From: an uncultured delta proteobacterium
Lineage (GTDB): Bacteria > Myxococcota > Myxococcia > Myxococcales > Anaeromyxobacteraceae
DNA length: 64,000 nucleotides
Assembly: GCA_963766715.1 (NCBI GenBank)
Contig: CAVYBH010000013.1
Span: 160,001 to 224,000, forward strand
Reading direction: 5' to 3'
How positions within the stretch are numbered: position 1 is the stretch's first letter; each line of letters starts with the position of its first letter. The notes beneath the pieces are model-generated. The model made no database searches. It was not told where the DNA came from and saw only the letters and a list, made by a program, of their open reading frames with translations. Below, one piece after another: positions 10,317 to 20,801 of the stretch. The position numbers and the translations under genes are program-made.

Positions 10317-10784
10317 TCAGCCTTCCTTCTTCCTGTCGACCAGGATGGCCATGAACTCGGCCTCGGCGACCGTCTCGCCGTCGACCTTGGCGACGCCCTT
10401 CTCCTTCCAGATGTCGCCCTTGCGCTTCACCACCTCGACGTGGAGCTCGATCCGGTCGCCGGGGACCACCGGCTTGCGGAAGCGGGCGTTGTCGATGGCC
10501 ATGAGGTAGGTGACCTTGTCGCCGGTCTCCTCGAGCATGGAACCCTTGGCGAGGAGGCCGGCGGCCTGGGCCAGCGCCTCCAGGATGAGGACGCCCGGCA
10601 TGACCGGATGACCCGGGAAGTGCCCCGCGAAGAAGGGCTCGTTCACCGTCACGCACTTCACGGCCACGAGCTTCTTCATCGGCTCCAGCGAGAGCACGCG
10701 ATCGACCAGCAGGAACGGGTAGCGGTGCGGGAGGATCTTCTCGATGGCGTTCACGTCCATCACGATTCCTGGCTTGTCGCTCAT
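10317..10784 (-). CDS. fabZ: 3-hydroxyacyl-ACP dehydratase
   Basis: [32 protein letters not shown]. Confidence 0.96.
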   Translation of the reverse strand: MSDKPGIVMDVNAIEKILPHRYPFLLVDRVLSLEPMKKLVAVKCVTVNEPFFAGHFPGHPVMPGVLILEALAQAAGLLAKGSMLEETGDKVTYLMAIDNARFRKPVVPGDRIELHVEVVKRKGDIWKEKGVAKVDGETVAEAEFMAILVDRKKEG

Positions 10785-11828
10785 TCTTCCTCCTGGAGCT
10801 TCTTCAAGGCCTTCTCGAGATCGCGCACGCGCTTGATCAGCTCGGGCAGCTGGCGGACGCCCGCGCTCTCCTTCAGCCAGTCCTTGTGCAGGGTGGCCGG
10901 GTAGCCGCTGTAGGTCTCGCCGGCGCCGATGTCGTGCATGACCCCCGACTGGGCGCCGATGCGCGCGCCGTCGCCGATGTCGAGGTGCCCGACCAGCCCG
11001 ACCTGGCCCGCCAGGACCACGCCCATGCCCACCTTGGTGGAGCCGGAGATGCCCACCTGCGCCGCGGCCAGCGAGAGCGGCCCGAAGTCGACGTTGTGGG
11101 CGATCATGACCAGGTCGTCGATCTTGGCGCCCTTGCGGATCACCGTCCGCCCCAGCGTGGCGCGGTCGACGCAGCTGTTGGCGCCGAGCTCCACGTCGTC
11201 CTCCAGCTCGGCGATCCCCGACTGCGGGACCTTGAAGTGGCGCGGCCCCGAGCCGTCGCCCTCCATGTCGAAGGCGAAGCCGAAGCCGTCGCCTCCCACC
11301 ACCGCGCCGGGCTGCAGGATGCAGCGATCCCCGACGATGCAGCGCTCGCGGACGACCACGTTCGGATGGAGGACGCAGTCGTCGCCGATCCGCGCACCCT
11401 CCCCGATCGACCACCCCGGGGAACAGGATGGTCCGCGCGCCCACCGTCGCGCCCGGTCCCACGTACGCGAAGTCCCTCACCTCGGCGCTGGGGTCGACCC
11501 GGGCTCCCGGCGCGATGGAGGCGCGGGAGGAGATCTCCGGAACGGATTCCCTGGGTGGATGGAACAGGGTCGAGATCTTGGCGAAGGCGAGGTAGGCGTT
11601 GCCGGCGCGGAGCAGGCTTCGCCCCGGCGCGGCCTCGTCGCCCTCGCCCACGATCACCGCCCCGGCCCGGCTCGCCGCGTACCGGGAGGCGTACTTCCGG
11701 TTCGCGAAGAAGCTGATGTCCGAGGGACCCGCGTCCTCGAGCGGCATCACCCGCTCGATGACGAGGGATCCGTCCCCCTCGACCCGGCCTCCGACCCGCT
11801 CCGCCAGCTCGGCGAGGGTGAAGTGCAC
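10781..11828 (-). CDS. lpxD: UDP-3-O-acylglucosamine N-acyltransferase (frameshift near 11410)
   Basis: FTLAELAERVGG, GGDGFGF, KVPQSG, VDRATLG, KIDDLVMIAHN. Confidence 0.93.
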
Positions 11829-11836
11829 GGGGCCTC

Positions 11837-12412
11837 CTACTTCGCGGCGGGAGCCGGCTTGGCGGCGGGCTTCTTGGCGGCCGGCGCGGTCGCGCCCTTG
11901 TACTTGGCGTTGTAGCGCCGGACGAGCTCGGCCGTCATGTTGGCCTGCGGCGGGGCCACGATGAGCCCGGCGTTCTGCTGCTCGAACACGTAGGCGTAGC
12001 CCTCGGCGGCCGCGATGTCCTTGATGACGACCTCCATCTTGTCGAAGATGACCTTCATCATCTCGCGCTCGCGGTCGGACAGGTCCTTCTGCATCTGCAC
12101 GTAGACCTGCTGCATGTCGTTGACCTTGCGCTCGAACTCCATGGCCTTGTCGCGCCGGGCCTCCTCCGACATGACCACCATCTGCTTGTCGAGGTCCTCC
12201 TTCATCTTCTTCAGCTCGTTCTGCTTCTCGTCGAGCATCTTCTGCTTCTGGTCGAACTCCTTCTTGAGGGCGTCGCGGGCGGCCTTGCCCTCCTCGACCT
12301 CGGTGACGGCCTGCTGGAGGTTGACGTAGCCGATCTTGAGCTCGGCGGCGTGGGCGGCGCGGGGGACGGCGATCGCCAGCGCGAGGGCGGCGAGGACGGT
12401 GACGTGACGCAT
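11837..12412 (-). CDS. skp: OmpH/Skp periplasmic chaperone
   Basis: Signal peptide, LKIGYVNLQQAV, long coiled coil; located between bamA and lpxD. Confidence 0.9.
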   Translation of the reverse strand: MRHVTVLAALALAIAVPRAAHAAELKIGYVNLQQAVTEVEEGKAARDALKKEFDQKQKMLDEKQNELKKMKEDLDKQMVVMSEEARRDKAMEFERKVNDMQQVYVQMQKDLSDREREMMKVIFDKMEVVIKDIAAAEGYAYVFEQQNAGLIVAPPQANMTAELVRRYNAKYKGATAPAAKKPAAKPAPAAK

Positions 12413-12432
12413 GGTTTCTCCTCTTGGATCGG

Positions 12433-14934
12433 TCAGAAGAAGCTGCCGATGGTGAACTGGAAGTCGACGGGTGCATCGATGTAGGCGCCGGTGATGGGAT
12501 CCTTGCGCCTGTTGAGCGGGAAGCCCCATTCGAAGCGGAGCGGCCCGATGGGGCTGAACCAGCGGAAACCGAAGCCCCAGGACTTGTAGAGCGACCACGA
12601 CACGAAGGGGTCGGTGTAGGCCCCGGGCGCGAAGGCGTTGCCCATGTCGAAGAAGACCACGGCCCGGATCTGCATCTTCTCGATGATGGGGTACTCGAGC
12701 TCGAAGTTGAGCACGAGCTGCTTGTTGCCGCCCACCTGGAGCAGCCGCATGATCGAGTCCGGGTGGGCCGTGTTGCCCACCAGCGCCGCCGGCGAGATGG
12801 TGTAGAGCCGGTAGCCGCGGATGGTGTTGACGCCGCCCAGGTAGTAGAGCTCCGACACCGGCACGGGGTGGTTCTCGTCCCAGCCGCGCACCACGCCGGC
12901 CAGCAGGCGGAAGCGGCCGATCAGCCCCTGGAAGATGTCCTGGTAGAAGCGGAACTCCAGCGTCTCCCGGTAGAACAGGTTCACCTGGGAGCCGAAGATC
13001 GCCTCGGGCGCCAGGAACGGCGGCGCCAGGTCGAGCCCCGCCGACAGGTAGAAGCCGGAGGTGGGGAAGAGCCGGTTGTCGCGCCGATCCCAGGACACCG
13101 AGAGCCGCACGGCGCTCGTCACCCCGGAGCGGAAGCGGTTGTAGAGCAGGATGTCCTGGATCGACGACGTGACGCGGATGCGCTCGAGCGTGTACGTCCC
13201 GAAGACGCGCAGGTCGTCGAGCTTGGAGAAGGCGGGGATGAGCCAGGCCAGTCCGGTCAGCTCGTAGCCCCAGGTCAGGGAGCCGCCAATCGCACCACGC
13301 GTGAAGTTCGCGTAGAGGTTCTCGTTGGCGTAGAGGTCGAAGGCGAAGGTCCACTTCGTGTCGAAGAAGTAGGGCTCGACGAACTGGATCTGGCCGAGCT
13401 GGCGCAGCGACGACCACTGGACCTGGAGGGAGAGGGTCTGGCCCCAGCCGAAGAAGTTGTTCTGGCTGATCTGCGCGGTGAGGATGAAGTTCTCGTAGGA
13501 GGAGAATCCCGCGCCGACCTGGAACGTGCCGGTGGCCTTCTCCTTCACCTCGACCACCGCCACGATCCGGTCGTCGGTGCTGCCCTTCTTGGTGGAGATC
13601 TCGGCGGTCTCGAAGAAGCCGAGCGCCATGATGCGCTGCTTCGAGAGCTTGATGGCCGAGGCGCTGTACAGGTCGCCCTCGTAGATGCGCAGCTCGCGCC
13701 GGACCACCTTGTCGCGGGTCTTGGCGTTGCCCACGATCTCGATGCGCTCGAAGAACACCTTCTGGCCGGGTTGCACGTCGAACACGAGCCCCAGCGTCCT
13801 GGCCTTCTGGTCCAGGTTCGTCAGCGGGTTCACGTTGACGTAGGCGTACCCCATGTCCTTGTAGAAGTCGGCCACCGCGAAGAGGTCGTGCCCGACCTTC
13901 GACCGGACGAAGAGCTCACCCGGAGTGGACTGGAGCAGCGAGGGCAGGAAGGGGCGCATCCCCAGCAGCTCGCCGCTGAAGTCGACCGTGCCGATGGTGT
14001 ACTGCTCGCCCTCGTCGATGGGGATGCTGATGAAGAGGGAGCTGCGGTCGGGGGAGAGGGCGATCGACGGCTTGCCGACCTTGACGTTGACGTAGCCCTT
14101 CTCGAGGTAGACCGCCTGGATGGCCTGGAGGTCGCGCTGGAAGGCGTCCTCCTTGTAGGTGCCGGCCGACGACAGGAAGGCCAGGAAGCTCCCCTCCTGC
14201 GTCTGCATGTACGGGAGGATCTCGTCCTTCGGGATGTGCTCGTTGCCGACGAAGTGGACGCGCCGGACCTGGACCTTGGCCCGCTCGTTGACGACGAAGA
14301 CCACCACCACCTGGTTGTCGGGCTTGTCCTCCAGCTTCGAGGTCACCTCGGCGAGGTAGAAGCCCTTCTCGGTGTACTTCTCCTGGATCTTCTTCACCGT
14401 CTTCCGGACCGCGGCGGTGTCCAGGATGGCGTAGCGCTTGACCTCGATCGACTCCTTGAGGTCGTCGGCGGAGAGCTCGTCGTTGCCCTCGATGCGGTAA
14501 TCCTGCACGGAGGGCTTCTCGACCACCCGGACCACCAGGGTGGGACGCTCCGGGCTGCCCTTCTCCTCGATGCCGACGTCGGCGAAGTACCCGAGCTTCA
14601 TCACCGCCCGGACGTCCTGCTGGATCGACTTCGCGTCGACCGCCATGCCCACCTTGGTGACCATCGCGCCCTTGATGGCATCCACCTCGACGCGCCGGTT
14701 TCCCTCGACCTCGATGGCCCCGACGGTGGGGCCGGAGGGAGCGGGGGGCTCGGCCTCGGCGGGCGCGACTCCCGCGGGTGCGACCACGGCCGCGGGTGGA
14801 ATCGATGCGGCAGGGGCGACGGCCTGGGGCGGCGTCTCCGCCGGGGGCGCCACGGCGGGCGGGGCCTGGCCGCCCGCAAGGGTCGGCCCGACCAGCAGGC
14901 ACACGATCAGGGCGATGGGGAGGGGGCTCCTCAC
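12433..14934 (-). CDS. bamA: Outer membrane protein assembly factor
   Basis: POTRA repeats (IEVEGNRRV, KTRDKVVRRE), IRGY motif, WFSPIGPLRF, C-terminal FQFTIGSFF; probable GTG start 14934. Confidence 0.95.
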   Translation of the reverse strand: MRSPLPIALIVCLLVGPTLAGGQAPPAVAPPAETPPQAVAPAASIPPAAVVAPAGVAPAEAEPPAPSGPTVGAIEVEGNRRVEVDAIKGAMVTKVGMAVDAKSIQQDVRAVMKLGYFADVGIEEKGSPERPTLVVRVVEKPSVQDYRIEGNDELSADDLKESIEVKRYAILDTAAVRKTVKKIQEKYTEKGFYLAEVTSKLEDKPDNQVVVVFVVNERAKVQVRRVHFVGNEHIPKDEILPYMQTQEGSFLAFLSSAGTYKEDAFQRDLQAIQAVYLEKGYVNVKVGKPSIALSPDRSSLFISIPIDEGEQYTIGTVDFSGELLGMRPFLPSLLQSTPGELFVRSKVGHDLFAVADFYKDMGYAYVNVNPLTNLDQKARTLGLVFDVQPGQKVFFERIEIVGNAKTRDKVVRRELRIYEGDLYSASAIKLSKQRIMALGFFETAEISTKKGSTDDRIVAVVEVKEKATGTFQVGAGFSSYENFILTAQISQNNFFGWGQTLSLQVQWSSLRQLGQIQFVEPYFFDTKWTFAFDLYANENLYANFTRGAIGGSLTWGYELTGLAWLIPAFSKLDDLRVFGTYTLERIRVTSSIQDILLYNRFRSGVTSAVRLSVSWDRRDNRLFPTSGFYLSAGLDLAPPFLAPEAIFGSQVNLFYRETLEFRFYQDIFQGLIGRFRLLAGVVRGWDENHPVPVSELYYLGGVNTIRGYRLYTISPAALVGNTAHPDSIMRLLQVGGNKQLVLNFELEYPIIEKMQIRAVVFFDMGNAFAPGAYTDPFVSWSLYKSWGFGFRWFSPIGPLRFEWGFPLNRRKDPITGAYIDAPVDFQFTIGSFF

Positions 14935-14944
14935 GGAGCCGCGG

Positions 14945-14973
14945 AATCTAGTGCATGCCCGGGAAAACCTCAA
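14945..14973 (-). promoter_or_regulatory. Putative sigma70 promoter of bamA
   Basis: TTGAGG-17 nt-TAGATT on the minus strand, 10 nt before the GTG. Confidence 0.5.
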
Positions 14974-14999
14974 AGGCAATTGGCTACCTTACCGGTCGT

Positions 15000-15674
15000 C
15001 TAGGCCAGGCGCCCGGCCACCAGCCGGACGCGCCTGCCCAGCGACTCTGCCAGGGTCTCGTTGTGGGTGACGACCACCCCGGTGATCCCGAGGTCCCGGT
15101 TGAGTTCCTGCAGGAGTGCGTGGATGCCCGCGGCGGTCTGCGGATCCAGGTTGCCGGTGGGCTCGTCCGCCAGCAGCAGGCGCGGCTGGAGGACCAGTGC
15201 GCGCGCCAGCGCCACCCGCTGCTGCTCGCCCCCGGAGAGCTCACCGGGGCGATGCCCCACCCGCGACGAGAGCCCCACCCGGTCGAGGCTCTCCTCGGCG
15301 CGCCGGCGGGACTCCCCGCGGGAGAGCCGGCGCACCAGCCCGGGCATCATCGCGTTCTCGAGGGCCGTGAACTCGGGCAGGAGGTGGTGGCTCTGGAACA
15401 CGAACCCCACCGACTCGTTCCGGAAGCGGGCCAGGTCGTCCTCGTCGAGCGAGGCCAGGTCGATCCCCTCGAAGAGGATGCGCCCGGAGGTCGGCGAGTC
15501 GAGGGCGCCCACCAGGTGGAGGAAGGTGCTCTTGCCCGCGCCGGAGGGGCCCGTCAGCGCCACCATCTCGCCCGCCGCGATCTCCAGGCTGACGCCCTGG
15601 AGCACGGGCAGCGGCCGGCCACCGGCGAGGTAGACCTTGGAGAGCCCCTCGATGGAGAGCAAGGGCGGCGCCAT
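15000..15674 (-). CDS. lolD: Lipoprotein-releasing ABC ATPase
   Basis: [37 protein letters not shown]. Confidence 0.92.
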   Translation of the reverse strand: MAPPLLSIEGLSKVYLAGGRPLPVLQGVSLEIAAGEMVALTGPSGAGKSTFLHLVGALDSPTSGRILFEGIDLASLDEDDLARFRNESVGFVFQSHHLLPEFTALENAMMPGLVRRLSRGESRRRAEESLDRVGLSSRVGHRPGELSGGEQQRVALARALVLQPRLLLADEPTGNLDPQTAAGIHALLQELNRDLGITGVVVTHNETLAESLGRRVRLVAGRLA

Positions 15675-17569
15675 CACTCGCTCCTCAGGCCGTCGACCGG
15701 CTCGAGCCGGGCGGCGCGGGTGGCCGGGTAGATGGTGGCGAGGTACGAGAGCGCCAGCGCCGCCAGCGCGACCAGCGCGAAGTCGCCGCCGTCGACGAGC
15801 ACCGGGAGGTGGCTGATGTAGTAGACCTCCGGGTCGAGCGGGATCCCCACCTTCGAGATCAGCGTGGTGGTGCCCAGGCCGAGCAGCAGCCCGAACCCGG
15901 TTCCCACCGCCCCGATGGCCAGCCCCTCGGCCACGAAGATCTTCATGATGCTCGTGGTGGTCGCGCCCATCGACCGGAGCACGGCGATCTCCCGGGTCTT
16001 CTCCAGCACCAGCATGACGAGGGTGGCGACCACGATGAAGCTCGCGACCAGCATGATGAAGCCGAGGATCACCGCCATGGCGATGCGCTCCATCATCAGG
16101 GCGGAGAAGAGGTTGCGGTTCATCTCGCCCCAGTCCTTGGTCCGGAACGGATAGCCCTCGAGAACCCCGAGCACCCGGCGCATGACCGGCCGGGCGGTGT
16201 TCACGTCCTTCATCTTGAGCTCGAGGCCGGTGACCGAGTCGCCGGTCCCGAAGAAGCGCTGGGCCTCGGCGAGCTGGAGATACGCGAACTTGGCGTCGTA
16301 CTCGTAGAAGCCGCTGAAGAGGATCCCCGCCACGCGGAAGGGCCGGCTCTTGGGCTGCGGCCCGGCCGGCCCGATGTCGCCGAAGGGCGAGACCACGTTC
16401 ACCACGTCCCCGACGCCCACGCGCAGCCCGCGCGCCAGCTCCCGGCCGAGCAGGATCCCGGGCAGCTTCTCCTGGGCCGCCGGCGCACCCGGGGGCGGCG
16501 CCTTCTCGTTTCCCTCGAACGCGTCTCGCAGGCTGGTGCGCGGCGACGCCTCCGGGATCTCCTCCGGATGGTCCAGCCACTCGAGGCGGCCCTTTTCCAG
16601 GTTCTTCGGGATCTCGGTGACGCGCCCGACCGTCGTGGTGTCGATGCCCTTCAGCACCGAGCCGGTCAGGTTCTGCCCGGCCGAGAGCATGACCTCGGCG
16701 TAGAGGAAGGGGGTCGAGGCCGCCACGCCGGGGACGCCGACCACCCGGTCCTGCACCCCCCGCCAGTCGGTGAAGTCGTTCTGCCCGTACTTGAGGACCA
16801 CGCCGTGGGCGTGCGCCCCGAGGATCTTGGACTTCAGATCCTGCTCGAAGCCGCTCATCACCGAGAGGACCACGGTGAGGGCCCACACCCCGGTGGCCAC
16901 GCCGCCGATGGAGATGAGGGTCATCAGCATGGTCGCGGGGAGTCGCGGGCGATCGTGGGGCTGCCCGGCCAGGGCGGCGCGGCGCGCCAGCCGGTCCTGC
17001 CAGGCCGACCAGGCCACCCCGGCCAGCATCCCGGGCAGGACGCCGGTCACCACGATGAGGAAGAGCGCCCCGAGCATCCGGGCGTTCAGGCGGAGGTGGC
17101 TGCGGGCCACGTAGAGCTCGTAGCCCAGGGACGGGTCGAACCGGCCCGAGCCGGAGAGCAGGAAGGCGAGCGTCGAGCCGAGGAAGGCGAGCGCACCTGA
17201 CGAGACGCAGGTGAGCGACAGGCCCGCCATCAGCACCACCCTCCCCTGGTACTGCCAGGTGTGCAGCACGAGCGGCAGGCCGCGCAGGGAAGGCAGCAGG
17301 AGCACGAGCGGCCCGAGCGCGAGCGCCACGAGGAGCAAGGTCGCCGCCACGATCTCGTAGAAGGCCAGGCGGCGGCCGACGACCGACGCGGCCGCGCCGC
17401 CCCCCACCGCCCAGGCCGCCCCGGCGGCGATCGCCAGGGCCGAGGCGGTGCCGGACGGGAGCCCGAGGCGGTCGGAGAGGAAGACGTGCCCGAGCGCCGC
17501 CAGCGGGGGTGCGAGGAGCACCCCGGCGGCCGCCAGCGCGAAGGCGCGCCACGAGAAGACCGGCGCCAA
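15674..17569 (-). CDS. LolC/E-family permease with long hydrophobic N-terminal extension
   Basis: ISIGGVATGVWALTVVLSVMSGF, EKTREIAVLRSMG, VYYISHLP, ATIYPA. Confidence 0.88.
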   Translation of the reverse strand: MAPVFSWRAFALAAAGVLLAPPLAALGHVFLSDRLGLPSGTASALAIAAGAAWAVGGGAAASVVGRRLAFYEIVAATLLLVALALGPLVLLLPSLRGLPLVLHTWQYQGRVVLMAGLSLTCVSSGALAFLGSTLAFLLSGSGRFDPSLGYELYVARSHLRLNARMLGALFLIVVTGVLPGMLAGVAWSAWQDRLARRAALAGQPHDRPRLPATMLMTLISIGGVATGVWALTVVLSVMSGFEQDLKSKILGAHAHGVVLKYGQNDFTDWRGVQDRVVGVPGVAASTPFLYAEVMLSAGQNLTGSVLKGIDTTTVGRVTEIPKNLEKGRLEWLDHPEEIPEASPRTSLRDAFEGNEKAPPPGAPAAQEKLPGILLGRELARGLRVGVGDVVNVVSPFGDIGPAGPQPKSRPFRVAGILFSGFYEYDAKFAYLQLAEAQRFFGTGDSVTGLELKMKDVNTARPVMRRVLGVLEGYPFRTKDWGEMNRNLFSALMMERIAMAVILGFIMLVASFIVVATLVMLVLEKTREIAVLRSMGATTTSIMKIFVAEGLAIGAVGTGFGLLLGLGTTTLISKVGIPLDPEVYYISHLPVLVDGGDFALVALAALALSYLATIYPATRAARLEPVDGLRSE

Positions 17570-17572
17570 GGG

Positions 17573-19114
17573 CTACTCGCGGGGCTTGAGGAGCGGGAAC
17601 AGGATCACGTCCCGGATGGACGACGAGTCGGTGAGCAGCATGGCGACGCGGTCGATGCCGATTCCCTCTCCCGCGGTGGGCGGCATGCCGTGCTCGAGCG
17701 CCCGGACGAAGTCCTCGTCGAAGGGCATGGCCTCCTCGTCGCCTGCGGCGCGGGAGCGGACCTGGGCCTCGAAGCGGGCCCGCTGGTCGGCGGGGTCGTT
17801 CAGCTCGCTGAAGGCGTTCGCGACCTCCATGCCGGCCGCGAACATCTCGAACCGGTCGACGAGCCGGGGGTCGGAGTCCCGTCGGCGGGAGAGCGGGCTG
17901 GTCTCGATCGGCCAGTCGACCACGAAGGCCGGGCGGTCCTTGGGGAGCTGGTGCTCGCAGAAGATCTCGAAGGCCAGCGCGATGGCCTCGCCGGGGGAGA
18001 CCTTGGCGGCCTTCTCCAGCTTCCAGGCGTCCTCGCTGTCCCCCTCGCGGGTCGCGGCGCGCGCCAGGGCCTCGGCCAGGCCGCGCCCGGCGAGCGCGTC
18101 CTCCGGGGAGAGCCCGAGCGCCTTCGCGCCCATCTCCAGCAGGGAGACGCGCGGGAAGGGCGGCGTGAAGTCGATCTCCTGCCCCTGGAAGGTGACCCGG
18201 GCCGAGCCGGTGACCTTCACGGCCAGCTCGTGGAAGAGCTCCTCGGTCAGCCGGATCAGGTCCTCGTGGGTGGCGTAGGCCTGGTAGAACTCGATGGTCG
18301 TGAACTCCGGGTTGTGGCGCCGGTCGATGCCCTCGTTGCGCCAGATGCGCCCGATCTCGTAGACCCGCTCCAGCCCGCCGACCACCAGCCGCTTGAGGTG
18401 GAGCTCGGTGGCGATGCGGAGCTTGAGATCCATCCCCAGCGCGTTGTGGTGGGTCTCGAAGGGGCGGGCGGCGGCGCCGCCGGCCTCCTCCGGCTTGTGC
18501 AGCGTGGGGGTCTCGACCTCCAGGTAGCCGCGCTCGTCGAGGAAGCGCCGGATGGTGGAGACGATGCGCGCCCGCTTCTGGAAGGTCTCCTTCACGCCGG
18601 GCGTGGCCACCAGGTCGAGGTAGCGCTGGCGGTAGCGCTGCTCCACGTCGGCCAGCCCGTGCCACTTCTCCGGCAGGGGCCGGATGGCCTTGGTGAGGAT
18701 GGTGAAGGTCGCGGCCTCCACGGTGAGCTCGCCGGTCTTGGTGCGGGTGGCCGGCCCCTTCGCCGCGATCACGTCGCCCACGTCGAGGAGCTTGAAGACC
18801 TCGAAGCCGGCCTCGCCCACGCGGTCCTTCTTCACCCAGACCTGGATGTCGCCGGACCGGTCGCGGACCTTGAGGAAGGCGGCCTTGCCGAAGCTGCGCA
18901 CCGCGAGCACCCGCCCGGCCACCGACCAGTCGCCGGGGTCCTGGGCGATGACGTCGGCCGGCGCTTCCCCGTAGCGGGCGTGCAGGTCGCTGGCCAGGTG
19001 CGCCGGCGCGTGGCCGTTGCCCCACGGGTTCACTCCGAGCCGGCGCAGCTCCTCGGCCTTCTTGAGGCGCTGCGCGACGATCTCGCGTTCGGTGGCTCCC
19101 AGTTCCTCGGACAT
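17573..19114 (-). CDS. lysS: Lysine--tRNA ligase (class II)
   Basis: LPEKWHGL, YRQRYLDL, LRIATELHLKRLVVGG, HNPEFT, GMPPTAGEGIGIDR. Confidence 0.97.
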   Translation of the reverse strand: MSEELGATEREIVAQRLKKAEELRRLGVNPWGNGHAPAHLASDLHARYGEAPADVIAQDPGDWSVAGRVLAVRSFGKAAFLKVRDRSGDIQVWVKKDRVGEAGFEVFKLLDVGDVIAAKGPATRTKTGELTVEAATFTILTKAIRPLPEKWHGLADVEQRYRQRYLDLVATPGVKETFQKRARIVSTIRRFLDERGYLEVETPTLHKPEEAGGAAARPFETHHNALGMDLKLRIATELHLKRLVVGGLERVYEIGRIWRNEGIDRRHNPEFTTIEFYQAYATHEDLIRLTEELFHELAVKVTGSARVTFQGQEIDFTPPFPRVSLLEMGAKALGLSPEDALAGRGLAEALARAATREGDSEDAWKLEKAAKVSPGEAIALAFEIFCEHQLPKDRPAFVVDWPIETSPLSRRRDSDPRLVDRFEMFAAGMEVANAFSELNDPADQRARFEAQVRSRAAGDEEAMPFDEDFVRALEHGMPPTAGEGIGIDRVAMLLTDSSSIRDVILFPLLKPRE

Positions 19115-19158
19115 CGAATCCGTTCCCTCGCGATCCTGGCCCTCGATCGGGCTGGCGC

Positions 19159-19187
19159 AGGCTAGACGGGGCGCTCCCCGCGGTCAA
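19159..19187 (-). promoter_or_regulatory. Putative sigma70 promoter of lysS
   Basis: TTGACC-17 nt-TAGCCT on the minus strand. Confidence 0.55.
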
Positions 19188-19199
19188 CGCGCGATGACC

Positions 19200-20801
19200 T
19201 CAGAGGGCCGGGCTGTAGATCCGGTAGTCGATCTCCGGGAACAGGTTGTCGCGGGACTCGACCTGGTCGAGCCAGGTGCCGTCAATCTCGCCGGCGCGGA
19301 TCTGGTCGTGAAGGCGGGTGAAGCGGAGCACGTGCTCGCGGGTGCGGCGGATGGCGTAGTCGACCATGGTCCCGGTCTTCATGATGAAGGCCCAGTCGGA
19401 CGACTGCGCCAGCAGGAGCTCCCGGGCGGCCTGGTTGAGCGCCCGGCGGGTCTCGGCGTCGGGCTCCGGGAAGTCGCGGGCGAGCGCGATCATCCGCTCG
19501 GCCGCCTTGTGGAGGTGCCGGTAGATCCAGTCGTTCGAGCCGTCCAGCCAGACCCCGGCGTAGCCGCCCGCGCCCCAGGAGCAGAGCGGCGGCGTGGCCA
19601 CCTGCTGCTCCGGGTTCTCGCGCAGGTAGTCGCCGGGCGTGGCCAGGCGGAAGACCTTCTGGTCGAAGGCCACCTTCCGGACCAGGAAGTCGATGAACTG
19701 CGGCCCCTCGTACCACCAGTGGCCGTAGAGCTCGGCGTCGTACGGCGAGACCACCATGGGCTTCGTGCCGCCCATCTGGGAGGCCAGGTGCTCGATCTGC
19801 CGCTCCCGGTTCCACATGAAGTTGCCGGCGTGGGAGGCGGCGCGCTCCCGGGCGCGCCAGGGGTCGTACGGCTCCTTGTGCCCGCCCTTGCCGGTGATGC
19901 GGAAGTACTTGATGCCCACGTTCTTCCGGTTGCCGTCGGGCTGGATCCAGGGGCGCACGTACTCCCAGTCCAGGTCCCAGCCCACGTCCCGGTAGAACTC
20001 CCGGTACTCGGGATCGCCGGGGTAGCCGTGCTCGGAGCTCCACACCTGCTGCGAGGACTCGGCGTCGCGTCCGAAGGCGGCCGGGCCGCTCGCGGTGTAG
20101 ACCGGCGCGTAGGCCCCGAAGCGCGGGCGCGGGCGGGCGTCGGCGATCCCGTGGGTGTCGGTGAAGAAGTAGCGGATTCCCTGCTCCGCCAGCATCTCGT
20201 CCACGCCCGGATAGTAGCCGCACTCGGGAAGCCAGATCCCCGCCGGGCTCCGCCCGAAGTGACGCCGGTGGCTGGCCGCGGCCACCGCGATCTGGGCCCG
20301 GACCGCCTCCGGGTACTGCTGCATGAGCGGCAGGAAGCCGTGGGTGGCGCCGCAGGTCACGAGCTCGAGGCCGCCCTCGTCCTCGAGCCGCCGGAAGGCG
20401 CCCACCAGGTCCCGGCGGTAGCGATCCTCGAAGAGGCTCCGGAGCTCCCGGAACTCGTGGCGGTAGTGCTGGGCCAGCCCGTGGAAGGTGGGATCGTTGC
20501 GGGTCCGCCGCACCTCCTTCTCGGCCAGCTCGCAGAGCCCGTCCAGCTTGCGGGCGTAGCGGCTCACCAGCAGGTCGTCGCGCAGCATGGCGACGAGCGG
20601 CGGGGACATGGTCATCGAGATCCGGAACGGGATCCTCTCGTCGGTGAGCCGGTCGAACACCCGCAGGAGCGGCAGGTAGGTCTCGGTGATGGCCTCGTAG
20701 AGCCAGTCCTCCTCGAGGAAGTCCTTGTGCTCCGGGTGGCGCACGAACGGCAGGTGCGCGTGCAGGTGGAGCGAGAGGTAGCCGAGCACGTCGTGGGCCA
20801 T
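19200..20801 (-). CDS. GH57 glycogen branching enzyme (DUF1957)
   Basis: LHAHLPFVRH, ETYLPLL, GIWLPECGY, PYDAELYGHWWYEG, AQSSDWAFI. Confidence 0.92.
   Translation of the reverse strand: MAHDVLGYLSLHLHAHLPFVRHPEHKDFLEEDWLYEAITETYLPLLRVFDRLTDERIPFRISMTMSPPLVAMLRDDLLVSRYARKLDGLCELAEKEVRRTRNDPTFHGLAQHYRHEFRELRSLFEDRYRRDLVGAFRRLEDEGGLELVTCGATHGFLPLMQQYPEAVRAQIAVAAASHRRHFGRSPAGIWLPECGYYPGVDEMLAEQGIRYFFTDTHGIADARPRPRFGAYAPVYTASGPAAFGRDAESSQQVWSSEHGYPGDPEYREFYRDVGWDLDWEYVRPWIQPDGNRKNVGIKYFRITGKGGHKEPYDPWRARERAASHAGNFMWNRERQIEHLASQMGGTKPMVVSPYDAELYGHWWYEGPQFIDFLVRKVAFDQKVFRLATPGDYLRENPEQQVATPPLCSWGAGGYAGVWLDGSNDWIYRHLHKAAERMIALARDFPEPDAETRRALNQAARELLLAQSSDWAFIMKTGTMVDYAIRRTREHVLRFTRLHDQIRAGEIDGTWLDQVESRDNLFPEIDYRIYSPAL

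Noticed and set aside
12424..15003. Long antisense ORFs here and opposite most genes
   Set aside because: Expected mirror frames of high-GC3 coding sequence; no recognisable motifs
15000..19187. 1395-aa ORF that appears to fuse a long N-terminus to LolD
   Set aside because: Shadow frame over lysS and lolC/E; only the last 224 codons are LolD
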